Source: a candidate division WWE3 bacterium
GTDB lineage: Bacteria > Patescibacteriota > WWE3 > 2-01-FULL-39-13
Length of the DNA stretch: 47,095 nucleotides
Assembly: GCA_943354835.1 (NCBI GenBank)
Contig: CALRDH010000005.1
Coordinates: 1-47,095 of the forward strand
Direction: 5' to 3'
Position numbers and translations under genes: made by a program. The notes below the pieces were generated by a model that had not been told where the DNA came from, did no database searches, and was given only the letters and a program-made list of their open reading frames with translations. Positions 39,821 to 47,095 of this stretch are shown here, piece after piece. Position 1 is the stretch's first letter. Each line of letters begins with the position of its first letter.

Positions 39821-40450
39821 ATGTTAGAAGTAGAAAAACGAGTGTTAATTAAAAAATCTGATTTACCTGCACTAATTTTAAGCTTACATCAAGAAGGTAA
39901 ACAAATTATTGAGTTTAAACGATTCACAATGGTAAAAATTGATAATAGCGACTTTATCCCTAAAAAGGATAGCCCCATAGATATTAAGATACGAACATCA
40001 AAAACAGAGTCGTTATTCACGGTAAAGGTAGGAAATTGGCATGCTGACACTGCTAGAAAAGAAAACGAAATCCATTTTGATAAAAATGAGATTGGCGAAC
40101 TTATCTCAATGTTAGTTTCCTTAGGATACAAATATTTTGTTGCTATGTATGTAAATAGAATGAAATTTGAACTAAACGATATGACAATCACTATAGATAA
40201 TTACCATCATTTAGAAGATTGTTTAGTAGAAGTTGAAATATTGATAGAAGCACTTGGGAATAAGGATTATGCAGAGATTAAAATACAAGAGTATTTAGAA
40301 AAATATAATTTAAAACCACTAGGCTCTCAAGACACTATAAACTTTATTACGAAGATAAACATGGTAAAGCAAACGCAAATAGACTTTGAGAAAGTCAGCA
40401 TCCAAGAATGGGAAAGTAAGTGGGAAAAATTTATTCGTTGCGAGGTTTAA
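39821..40450 (+). CDS. CYTH / triphosphate tunnel metalloenzyme
   Basis: N-terminal EVEKR, IRT, LFTVK, RKENE, ITID, EVE. Confidence 0.85.
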   Translation: MLEVEKRVLIKKSDLPALILSLHQEGKQIIEFKRFTMVKIDNSDFIPKKDSPIDIKIRTSKTESLFTVKVGNWHADTARKENEIHFDKNEIGELISMLVSLGYKYFVAMYVNRMKFELNDMTITIDNYHHLEDCLVEVEILIEALGNKDYAEIKIQEYLEKYNLKPLGSQDTINFITKINMVKQTQIDFEKVSIQEWESKWEKFIRCEV

Positions 40451-40463
40451 TTCAGTCTTCATA

Positions 40464-41027
40464 ATGCTTACAACTCAACTTGGCGGAAAATTCTCAACTG
40501 AAGACTCTGGCTTGTTCACTTTAAAGAAAGTGCTTTTGAACGCAGGTATTAATGTCGCTTATCCAACAGGGAATTCTATCGTTACTGTCCAAAATGGTGT
40601 CCCGCTAACTTTTGATCCAAAAACTGAACACAGATCATTTTATGAGATTGAAATCGACTACCTTAAATCAATTAAGGACTCTGACATACATATCATACAT
40701 AACAAGCACATTGATAATCTTGGATACATAGGTGAAAGTGCAAGCGTAGAGTTAGCCTATGCCTTGGTTCATAACAAGCCTGTTTGCTTGATGTATCCTC
40801 CAACTTTCTCTGATAAAGTGCGTGATTCTATAAAGCAAATAATTAATAAGAATGCGGATTTATTTTTAACAACAAATCTGATTGTCATTAATAATGATGA
40901 GCTACACAACACTTTGTCCGATTATGCATCAAAAGCTATAAAATATAGATTAAATGTTTTAGAGGAAATTGAAATTTATAATATAATCAAAAAGACTTTA
41001 AATTCTTATATAATTAGGGATGTTTAG
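40464..41027 (+). CDS. Nucleoside 2-deoxyribosyltransferase-like protein (start moved to ATG 40464)
   Basis: YLKSIKDSDIHII...GYIGESASVELAYALVHNKPV carries the NDT-type E-L-x-YA...KPV motif. Confidence 0.65.
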   Translation: MLTTQLGGKFSTEDSGLFTLKKVLLNAGINVAYPTGNSIVTVQNGVPLTFDPKTEHRSFYEIEIDYLKSIKDSDIHIIHNKHIDNLGYIGESASVELAYALVHNKPVCLMYPPTFSDKVRDSIKQIINKNADLFLTTNLIVINNDELHNTLSDYASKAIKYRLNVLEEIEIYNIIKKTLNSYIIRDV

Positions 41028-41868
41028 CGATAAGATCTCAAATTCATCTAGTGAAGAAGTGAATGGCAGTTTAATCGAATTTGAATTAATAGGTCAAGGA
41101 CTGGAACGGTATACGATCAACCTGGAGCTATTGTATCCAAACACACAAGACCGCATACGTTTTGAACAACGTTGGCCTGGGTTTTACAATTCTGATTCTG
41201 TCAATGCCGATATAATGAGGAAAAACGGGGACGACTTAGTTTATATTTCTGAATCAATAGTGCCTATTGTTGAAAGCAATAAACCACCATTACTTTTTGT
41301 ATTTGGTAACCCTGCTCCTCATTCAGTAAAAGCTGGCATCCCATTTGCGTACGAAGGAAATGGAAAAGAGCATAGAATTTGGAAAGTATTAAAAAGTACA
41401 TCGTTAATAGATTTCGGTCTAGATCACAGCGAACTAAATCCGAACGATATGAATTTACACAGAAAGAATCGACTGCATAATCTTGAATATAACTCAAAGT
41501 ATAAGATAGGTTTTATACAATATTTTTCTATGCCTTCGACACCAAGCAAAATTCCTTGGACAGGGGTGAGCGGACTATCTAGGTTGTTTGGCAATGATGC
41601 CATGAGACTAATTGAAGCCACAGAGCTAAATCGTATTAAAGCAATTGTTGATTCATTTATGGCAAATGGTGGGGTTATAGTTACCTTTCAAAAAGATGCA
41701 TATAATGGTTTAAAATCAGAACAAATGTTTAATTATTCCATAGATTTAGCGAAGGCAAATATGCTAAGTGGAGAGTCTATGTTTGGGAAAGATTATAAGT
41801 TAATTTGTGCGCCTCCGACAAGATTGCTATACAGTAAAGCAATGTTTAACACATTAAGTAATCTATAA
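41020..41868 (+). CDS. Hypothetical protein with a Mug/UDG-superfamily-like motif
   Basis: LLFVFGNPAPHSVKAGIPFAYE...RIWKVL resembles the Mug motif IFCGINPG.SS..GFPFAHP.NRFWKV. Confidence 0.55.
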   Translation: MFSDKISNSSSEEVNGSLIEFELIGQGLERYTINLELLYPNTQDRIRFEQRWPGFYNSDSVNADIMRKNGDDLVYISESIVPIVESNKPPLLFVFGNPAPHSVKAGIPFAYEGNGKEHRIWKVLKSTSLIDFGLDHSELNPNDMNLHRKNRLHNLEYNSKYKIGFIQYFSMPSTPSKIPWTGVSGLSRLFGNDAMRLIEATELNRIKAIVDSFMANGGVIVTFQKDAYNGLKSEQMFNYSIDLAKANMLSGESMFGKDYKLICAPPTRLLYSKAMFNTLSNL

Positions 41869-41931
41869 GTTCTTCACCTCCTAGCATAATTTTGCCAAAT
41901 CCAATATAATCGTTTTTAGTTAAACTTGCCC

Positions 41932-43068
41932 ATGAATGTTAAAAATACCGTACTCGGTCTGGATATTGGTACGAGCCATATAAAGGCTGTTTCAATATAC
42001 CGAGAAAAAAATAAAAATACACTTTTAAGGTACGCTATCGGCCCATCACTTGGTCTTGCAACAAAGATTGCTTCCGAATCAGAGATCGATAATATAGCAG
42101 CTTCAGAAATTCTTAAAAACTTTTTAACTGATAATGGTTTTCAAGATACACAGGCAGTTGCGGTAATTCCGGAACAAAGAGTTTTTAGCAAAGTGATTTC
42201 AATGCCAAATGTTGGAAAGCGTGATTTTAAACAAGCAATCGAATGGGAAGCTGAACAGCATTTGCCTCAAGCGTTAGCCGAAGTTTACCTTAAATATACG
42301 ATACAAAAAGAACATTCAAATTCAAATAAAGTTGAAAAAAAGAATTCTGTTTTGGTTGATGTAAAAAATCTTTTGTCCATGAAGACAGCAACTCCTCAAG
42401 TTAAATCAGAATCAACTGTAGATGTTCTGCTAGTTTCTGTGCAAAGAGGATATGTAGATCGATATCTTTCTGTAATAAATAGATCTGGACTTGCTCCACT
42501 AGGACTTGAACCAACATCAATTTCAGCAATTAGAAGTGTGCTAAACGATGAAACCAATGTTCCAACAATAATAATTAATCTTGGTTATACAAATACAGAT
42601 TTTTATTTTTGTGTTGATAATAATTTGCGATTTGTCAGGCCGATTTCACTTGGAGTTTCAAGTGCAATAAGATTAATATCAGAAGCTCTTGATGTATCTC
42701 CAGTTCAAGCAAACGAATACTTATATACATATGGACTTCAAACAAACGCATTAAATGGAAAAATAAGAGAAATCATAATGCCTGTTATGAGAATGTTAAT
42801 GGAAGAATTTGAAAAATCAAAAGAATATATTGAAAGTAGAGAAGCACTTTTTGGTGATGAGGAAGATAGAAGAGTTAGAAGAATAATGCTCATGGGTGGT
42901 GGTGTATTGATACCCGACATAATGGTATATTTAATTCAGAATATATCAGTTGAAGTAGAAATTGCAGATGCTTGGAAATCTCTTGATATAAGTCTTGTCG
43001 GAGATTCGAAAACAATGGATTTATTCAGACCGTTATTTGTTGCTGCTGTGGGAGCAGGATTAAAATAA
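41932..43068 (+). CDS. pilM: Type IV pilus alignment protein PilM (ORF-track start TTG 41926)
   Basis: LGLDIGTSHIKAV, AIEWEAEQHLP, IINLG, actin-like fold pattern, AAVGAGLK. Confidence 0.92.
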   Translation: MNVKNTVLGLDIGTSHIKAVSIYREKNKNTLLRYAIGPSLGLATKIASESEIDNIAASEILKNFLTDNGFQDTQAVAVIPEQRVFSKVISMPNVGKRDFKQAIEWEAEQHLPQALAEVYLKYTIQKEHSNSNKVEKKNSVLVDVKNLLSMKTATPQVKSESTVDVLLVSVQRGYVDRYLSVINRSGLAPLGLEPTSISAIRSVLNDETNVPTIIINLGYTNTDFYFCVDNNLRFVRPISLGVSSAIRLISEALDVSPVQANEYLYTYGLQTNALNGKIREIIMPVMRMLMEEFEKSKEYIESREALFGDEEDRRVRRIMLMGGGVLIPDIMVYLIQNISVEVEIADAWKSLDISLVGDSKTMDLFRPLFVAAVGAGLK

Positions 43069-43069
43069 G

Positions 43070-43648
43070 ATGTCATACGCCTTTTCAGATGTTAACTTTA
43101 TACCAGACGAAATCGATCAAGTAAGAGATCAGGAAGCTCCTAAAAAATCAGCAGTAAAATACATGATTGTGTTATTTGGCTTTTTCCTACTTGTTGGACT
43201 TGGGCTTTTTGCATACAACCTTTATACAAAATCTAAAATAAATAAAGTAATAAAAGAAACAGAAGAAGGCAGCGCCAAAATCGCTTCCTTAAGCGATTTT
43301 GGCGCCTCTGGATATAAACTCGGGAAACGATTAGGAACTATAAAAAGCTTATTAGAAGTAAGGTCTTATTATGCGAATTTGATAAATGAAATAAATATAC
43401 AGACTCCGAGTGACATCCGAATTGATAAAATTGGATCAGCTGGACAAACAGACATTACTATTAATGGAGTTTCTAGTAAGAACTACTCACCTATATCTAC
43501 TTTTCAGAGGAATCTTCAAAGTTCTGATTCCGGATATTTCATAGATGTTAAATTAGATTCAGCAAAATTAAATAAAGATTATGGATCGGTTGAGTTTTCG
43601 TTTAAGCTTGTTTTAGATAAAGGAAAATTAAATGTCAAACGAAATTGA
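43070..43648 (+). CDS. pilN: PilN-like protein
   Basis: N-terminal VNFIP motif, single TM, PilN-like core; follows pilM. Confidence 0.8.
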   Translation: MSYAFSDVNFIPDEIDQVRDQEAPKKSAVKYMIVLFGFFLLVGLGLFAYNLYTKSKINKVIKETEEGSAKIASLSDFGASGYKLGKRLGTIKSLLEVRSYYANLINEINIQTPSDIRIDKIGSAGQTDITINGVSSKNYSPISTFQRNLQSSDSGYFIDVKLDSAKLNKDYGSVEFSFKLVLDKGKLNVKRN

Positions 43649-44519
43649 TAATATTCCAGAACATAGTTTAGATCAATCCAAGCCTTCCGAAAGCCCAGAA
43701 CAGGTTAAAAATATATCTAATTTGAGTGGAAAAGATCTGTTGGGAAGTTTTGGATTTATAAAAAAGGCTATACCATTTGCTGGCGTTATTGGTTTAGTAG
43801 TCGGGTGTTTCGCTGTTTTCTACTTATTGATTATCCCTCAATATAATTCGTATAAGCAGTTTGGTTTGGATCTTATTTCCGAGCAAAGCAAACTTAAAGA
43901 TGTAACGGATAGACTTTCGTACTTGCAAAGTTTGTATGATTTACGTGATCAACTTGTTGCAAATACAAGGCTTTCAATAGAAGCTTTACCAGATAATAAA
44001 GATAAAATCCCAAATGTTTTAGATCAACTTTTGCAAGTTTCTGAAGAGTCTGGAGCCTCCGTTGTATCACAAAGTTTAGCTGGTATTTTAGGATCCGATG
44101 ATCTTTCAAAACCAAAGTTAATCAAAATTCAGATGGAGTTAACTGGTGAAGAACAAAAACTTTTAGGATTTTTGAATGTAATAAGTACAAATAGAACGAT
44201 AGTTGATGTTGAAAGTTTTAATATAGACAAGGTTGCTAAAAAAGTTGACGAGGCGGATTCATCTGACAAATATGACTTACGTTTAAGCTTGGTTTCGTAT
44301 TATATGGAAGATGCCGCGAATCAAGATATACCTGCTTTAGAAGCACAAAGACCGTTATCTGATTTAGAAATGGTTTTAAATGAAATTAGAAATATGAAAT
44401 ATTATGAGCCAAGACAATCAGAAGTATTAATCGGCAAAGAAGATCCATTTGCAGAGGTCCCTGTTATCAATGAAGATGAAATTGTTACAGAAGAAGATAC
44501 TGGAATAATTCAGGAGTAA
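43632..44519 (+). CDS. pilO: PilO-like protein
   Basis: TM plus coiled coil, ALPD...IP.VL.QL, FL.....NRTIVDVE; follows pilN. Confidence 0.8.
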   Translation: MSNEIDNIPEHSLDQSKPSESPEQVKNISNLSGKDLLGSFGFIKKAIPFAGVIGLVVGCFAVFYLLIIPQYNSYKQFGLDLISEQSKLKDVTDRLSYLQSLYDLRDQLVANTRLSIEALPDNKDKIPNVLDQLLQVSEESGASVVSQSLAGILGSDDLSKPKLIKIQMELTGEEQKLLGFLNVISTNRTIVDVESFNIDKVAKKVDEADSSDKYDLRLSLVSYYMEDAANQDIPALEAQRPLSDLEMVLNEIRNMKYYEPRQSEVLIGKEDPFAEVPVINEDEIVTEEDTGIIQE

Positions 44520-44522
44520 ACT

Positions 44523-44774
44523 TTACTTTTCTTCGTTTATTCTTACGTCGACGTAGATTCCTAGATTCACAGCTTTTACTTTTGCTAAATTTCTTATGCC
44601 TTTAATTGTTTGTCCGCCCTTACCTATTACGACGCCAACATCGGATTGGTCAACTGTTATTAAGTAAAGTTTAGATTTATTTCCATCAAAAGTTGTTGAG
44701 TCTTGTTCCTCAATTACTACAACTTCTGGGTTTTTTACGATGTTTTTAATTAAAAAATTAAGAAGTTCTATCAT
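44523..44774 (-). CDS. khpA: Single KH-domain RNA-binding protein
   Basis: DVGVVIGKGGQTIKGIR (GxxG loop); downstream of rpsP. Confidence 0.9.
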   Translation of the reverse strand: MIELLNFLIKNIVKNPEVVVIEEQDSTTFDGNKSKLYLITVDQSDVGVVIGKGGQTIKGIRNLAKVKAVNLGIYVDVRINEEK

Positions 44775-45136
44775 TTATTTTCTTCTACTACCGGTTCTTC
44801 TACAGCTTCAACTGCTTTTTCTTTTGGTTCTTTCGGCTCTTTTACTTTAGCTAATTTTTCCGCTTTTTTCGCTCTTTTGCCTTTTGGATCGTAATGTTCA
44901 AATTTGTATGTGCCTTTTATAAGTTTTACAATTGCATCACTCGGTTCTGCACCAACTGATGTCCAATATTTATATCTGTCTACATTATATGTGATTTTTT
45001 TTGGATCTTCTGTAGGATTGTAGCTTCCAATTATTTCGATAAATTTCCCATTAACTTTGGATTTTTTATCTGTAACTACAACTCTGTACGCCGGGGCGTT
45101 TTTTCTTCCGATTCGTGTAAGTCTAATTCGTACCAT
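44771..45136 (-). CDS. rpsP: 30S ribosomal protein S16 with a Lys/Glu-rich tail
   Basis: MVRIRLTRIGRKNAPAYRVVV, GKFIEIIGSYNP, GAEPSD. Confidence 0.97.
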   Translation of the reverse strand: MVRIRLTRIGRKNAPAYRVVVTDKKSKVNGKFIEIIGSYNPTEDPKKITYNVDRYKYWTSVGAEPSDAIVKLIKGTYKFEHYDPKGKRAKKAEKLAKVKEPKEPKEKAVEAVEEPVVEENK

Positions 45137-45143
45137 GTGAGAA

Positions 45144-45172
45144 ATTATATGCTAAGAATCAATAAGAATCAA
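45144..45172 (-). promoter_or_regulatory. Sigma70 promoter TTGATT-N17-TATAAT, 7 nt upstream of the rpsP ATG
   Basis: Read directly; includes a 10-bp tandem duplication TAAGAATCAA at 45153-45172. Confidence 0.7.
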
Positions 45173-45178
45173 TGAGGT

Positions 45179-45883
45179 TCATTTATCAAATTCTGGTTTA
45201 ACTTTTTGAAGAGCGTTTTCCGCTGCGCTTTGTTCAGCTTTACGTTTACTTGAGCCTTTTCCTTCTGCTATTAGCTTTTTTCCGATGTATGCACCAACCA
45301 CGAATGTTTTGTCGTGATCAGGACCGTCATCTTCTATTAATTTATAATTTGGAGTTGTTAAAAACTTTTCTTGTGAAATTTCCTGAAAAAGACTTTTAGG
45401 ATCTTTTAATTCACCTTTTTGTACAATATCTTCGGTTTTGTATAGTAATTCTTTATTTACAAAATCAGAACAAGCCTTCATACCTTGATCTAGATAAATT
45501 GCTGCGACTGTAGCTTCAAATGTATTTGCCAAGATGTGATTACTCTCTGATGCAATTTCTCTTTCACCGTTTGATATAAAAAGATATTCAGAAAGCCCAA
45601 GCCTTGATGATTCAGTTGCTAATGAAACTGTATTTACAAGTCTTGCGCGAAGATTTGTTAATTCCCCTTCAGGATATGAGTCATATTCTTTAAAAATATG
45701 CTCCGAAGTTAAATATTGCAAAATTGCATCGCCTAAAAATTCAAGTCTTTCATTTGATTTTAAATCAGGACTAGGATTTTCGTTTATATACGACCTATGC
45801 GTAAGTGCTCTTTGTAAGATGGAGACGTCATTGAATTTTATATTTAATTTTTCTTGTAATTCTGAAAATTTATCAATTGTCAT
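45179..45883 (-). CDS. rnc: Ribonuclease III
   Basis: ALTHRSY, NERLEFLGDAIL, EGELT, ANTFEA, dsRBD (DPKS..QE, GPDH, G.GSSKRKAEQ.AA). Confidence 0.97.
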   Translation of the reverse strand: MTIDKFSELQEKLNIKFNDVSILQRALTHRSYINENPSPDLKSNERLEFLGDAILQYLTSEHIFKEYDSYPEGELTNLRARLVNTVSLATESSRLGLSEYLFISNGEREIASESNHILANTFEATVAAIYLDQGMKACSDFVNKELLYKTEDIVQKGELKDPKSLFQEISQEKFLTTPNYKLIEDDGPDHDKTFVVGAYIGKKLIAEGKGSSKRKAEQSAAENALQKVKPEFDK

Positions 45884-45898
45884 ATTCTTTAGATATTA

Positions 45899-45933
45899 AG
45901 AAGATTCATGTGCTTCAAGCACATGAATCTTCT
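45899..45933. promoter_or_regulatory. Perfect 16-bp inverted repeat (3-nt loop) between nusB and rnc; candidate RNase III site
   Basis: AGAAGATTCATGTGCT-TCA-AGCACATGAATCTTCT; no U-tract follows it on the coding strand. Confidence 0.7.
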
Positions 45934-45958
45934 AATTTGCTCGCGTTGCGAGAAAAAA

Positions 45959-46390
45959 TTATAATGTTTTTGCAATTCCTCCAAGTATCCCGTTTATGAA
46001 TTTTGATGATTCTTCAGATCCAAATTCTTTTGCAAGCTCAACTGCTTCATCAATAATTACTTTTGGAGGTGTTTGTTTTGTTAACATTTCGCAAGTTGCT
46101 ACTATCAATATAGAAAGATCCATTCTATACATTTTGGAAATGTCCCAATCAATGCTGTTTTTTATAATTGTATCTTTATATTGACTAATATTATTTGAAA
46201 GTTCTGAAACGATGATGTCGAGAAGTTTTTTATCGTAATGCTTAATTTCTAGACCATCTAAAGCCACTTCGACAATTTCGTCTAATGATTCTGAAGTATT
46301 ATATGAAGACGCTGAATTTGATTCTTTTGAATAAACGTAAGCAACTGCTATTCGCCTTGACTGATGTCTTGGGTCTTTTGACGTTTTCAT
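45959..46390 (-). CDS. nusB: Transcription antitermination factor NusB
   Basis: RHQSRRIA, W...MYRMDLSIL, VIIDEAVELAKEFG.EES.KFINGILG. Confidence 0.93.
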   Translation of the reverse strand: MKTSKDPRHQSRRIAVAYVYSKESNSASSYNTSESLDEIVEVALDGLEIKHYDKKLLDIIVSELSNNISQYKDTIIKNSIDWDISKMYRMDLSILIVATCEMLTKQTPPKVIIDEAVELAKEFGSEESSKFINGILGGIAKTL

Positions 46391-46399
46391 GAAAAACTT

Positions 46400-46549
46400 T
46401 TAATAATCGTTGCACTTTGCACACTTTGTATGTGGCATTTTTAATGCTCCACATTTTTTGCACACAATAGGATTTATTGCCTCTGGTGCGCTGTGTGACC
46501 TTCTTCTATTTCTTCTTCCTTTTGATGTTTTCTTTTTTGGTGCTGCCAT
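46400..46549 (-). CDS. rpmF: 50S ribosomal protein L32 (49 aa, Zn-ribbon type; missed by the ORF track)
   Basis: Manual translation: [19 protein letters not shown]...[20 protein letters not shown]. Confidence 0.95.
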   Translation of the reverse strand: MAAPKKKTSKGRRNRRRSHSAPEAINPIVCKKCGALKMPHTKCAKCNDY

Positions 46550-46557
46550 TTGTGTAG

Positions 46558-46586
46558 ATTATAATGCGTGATCAACTATCAAGCAA
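46558..46586 (-). promoter_or_regulatory. Sigma70 promoter TTGCTT-N17-TATAAT, 8 nt upstream of the rpmF ATG
   Basis: Read directly from the minus strand. Confidence 0.65.
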
Positions 46587-47095
46587 GGATAATTTTATGA
46601 AATCAACTTGAGTTATTCCGTATTTTCTTGAATCGTATATTTTAAGCAGTTTATTTTCTGATTCTACGTCCACGCCTTTTTTAAATCCATGAAAATACAC
46701 GACAATGCTTTCTTTTGTCATTATCTCTGGAAGAACTTTAAATATGTGTTTAATTGGAAGATCATAAGGTGCATCAATAAAAATGACGTCAAAATATGTT
46801 TCATAGCTTGAAATGAATTTAATTGCTTCATCTTTTATGACTTTTGTGATTTCTGTATTTTCCAAATTTAGATTTAATATATTTTCATTAATATCTTTTA
46901 TTGCGTAATAATCGTTGTCAACAAATGTTGCTGAAGTTGCTCCACGACTTAAGGCTTCAATTCCAAGGTTCGCGGATCCGGCAAAAAGGTCAAGGCAAGT
47001 TGCATTTAATACTTTATCTTCGAGTATTGAAAACACAGCTAATTTTATACGGTCTCTTACAGGTCTTGCACTTTCTGGAACTTTTATTTTTTTAT
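46572..47095 (-). CDS. rsmD: RsmD-family methyltransferase (5' end beyond the right edge)
   Basis: The frame continues upstream of the ORF track as KKIKVPESARPVRDRIKLAVFSIL; LDLFAGS..LGIEALSRGA, IFIDAPY, YG.T.V.F. Confidence 0.92.
   Translation of the reverse strand, partial: KKIKVPESARPVRDRIKLAVFSILEDKVLNATCLDLFAGSANLGIEALSRGATSATFVDNDYYAIKDINENILNLNLENTEITKVIKDEAIKFISSYETYFDVIFIDAPYDLPIKHIFKVLPEIMTKESIVVYFHGFKKGVDVESENKLLKIYDSRKYGITQVDFIKLSLLDS

Noticed and set aside
40386-40463. ORF-track N-terminal extension of the NDT-like gene
   Set aside because: It overlaps the CYTH gene by 65 nt; ATG 40464 gives a clean 13-nt gap and starts at the first beta-strand.
41875-41882. CACCTCCT (anti-SD-like; AGGAGGTG on the minus strand) at the island's right edge
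   Set aside because: No suitably spaced start codon or ORF follows it, and a single 8-mer is plausible by chance in 47 kb.
35975-41925. Island as an integrated mobile element
   Set aside because: No integrase, transposase, tRNA, att-like direct repeats or terminal inverted repeats were seen, so it is not called a mobile element.
45940-45952. Small hairpin CTCGC-GTT-GCGAG after nusB
   Set aside because: Only 5 bp, and the U-run is on the wrong side for a terminator in the nusB direction.

Overview
AT-rich, very compact bacterial chromosomal window. TGA is used as a stop codon (code 11). Gene content is typical of Patescibacteria/CPR; the lineage is inferred from gene content only. From left to right: (i) a minus-strand housekeeping run of pyk (partial), a DUF87/TraG-VirD4-like ATPase, rnhB, gyrA, ppa, an unknown polytopic membrane protein and gyrB; (ii) a large monoderm-type type IV pilus locus with pilB-pilT-pilC, holB-like, eight prepilins, pilD, a ligand-less cupredoxin-fold protein, a 3445-aa Cys/Thr/Ser-rich Ig-repeat surface protein, and a second, frameshift-split surface protein sharing the same C-terminal domain; (iii) a four-gene split signalling operon; (iv) a 7-gene accessory block of DUF2156/GNAT-like, PLP decarboxylase, EamA, unknown, CYTH, NDT-like and UDG/Mug-like genes; (v) pilMNO; (vi) khpA, rpsP, rnc, nusB, rpmF and rsmD (partial). 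No rRNA, tRNA, CRISPR array, integrase or transposase was seen. The most interesting signals are the paired putative pilus-tip adhesins with a shared C-terminal module, a frameshift bracketed by a 9-bp direct repeat, the nucleotide/amine-enzyme island, the split 7TM-HK-RR system, a perfect hairpin in front of rnc, and recurrent near-leaderless promoters. All family calls come from motif recognition by eye; no database searches were run.
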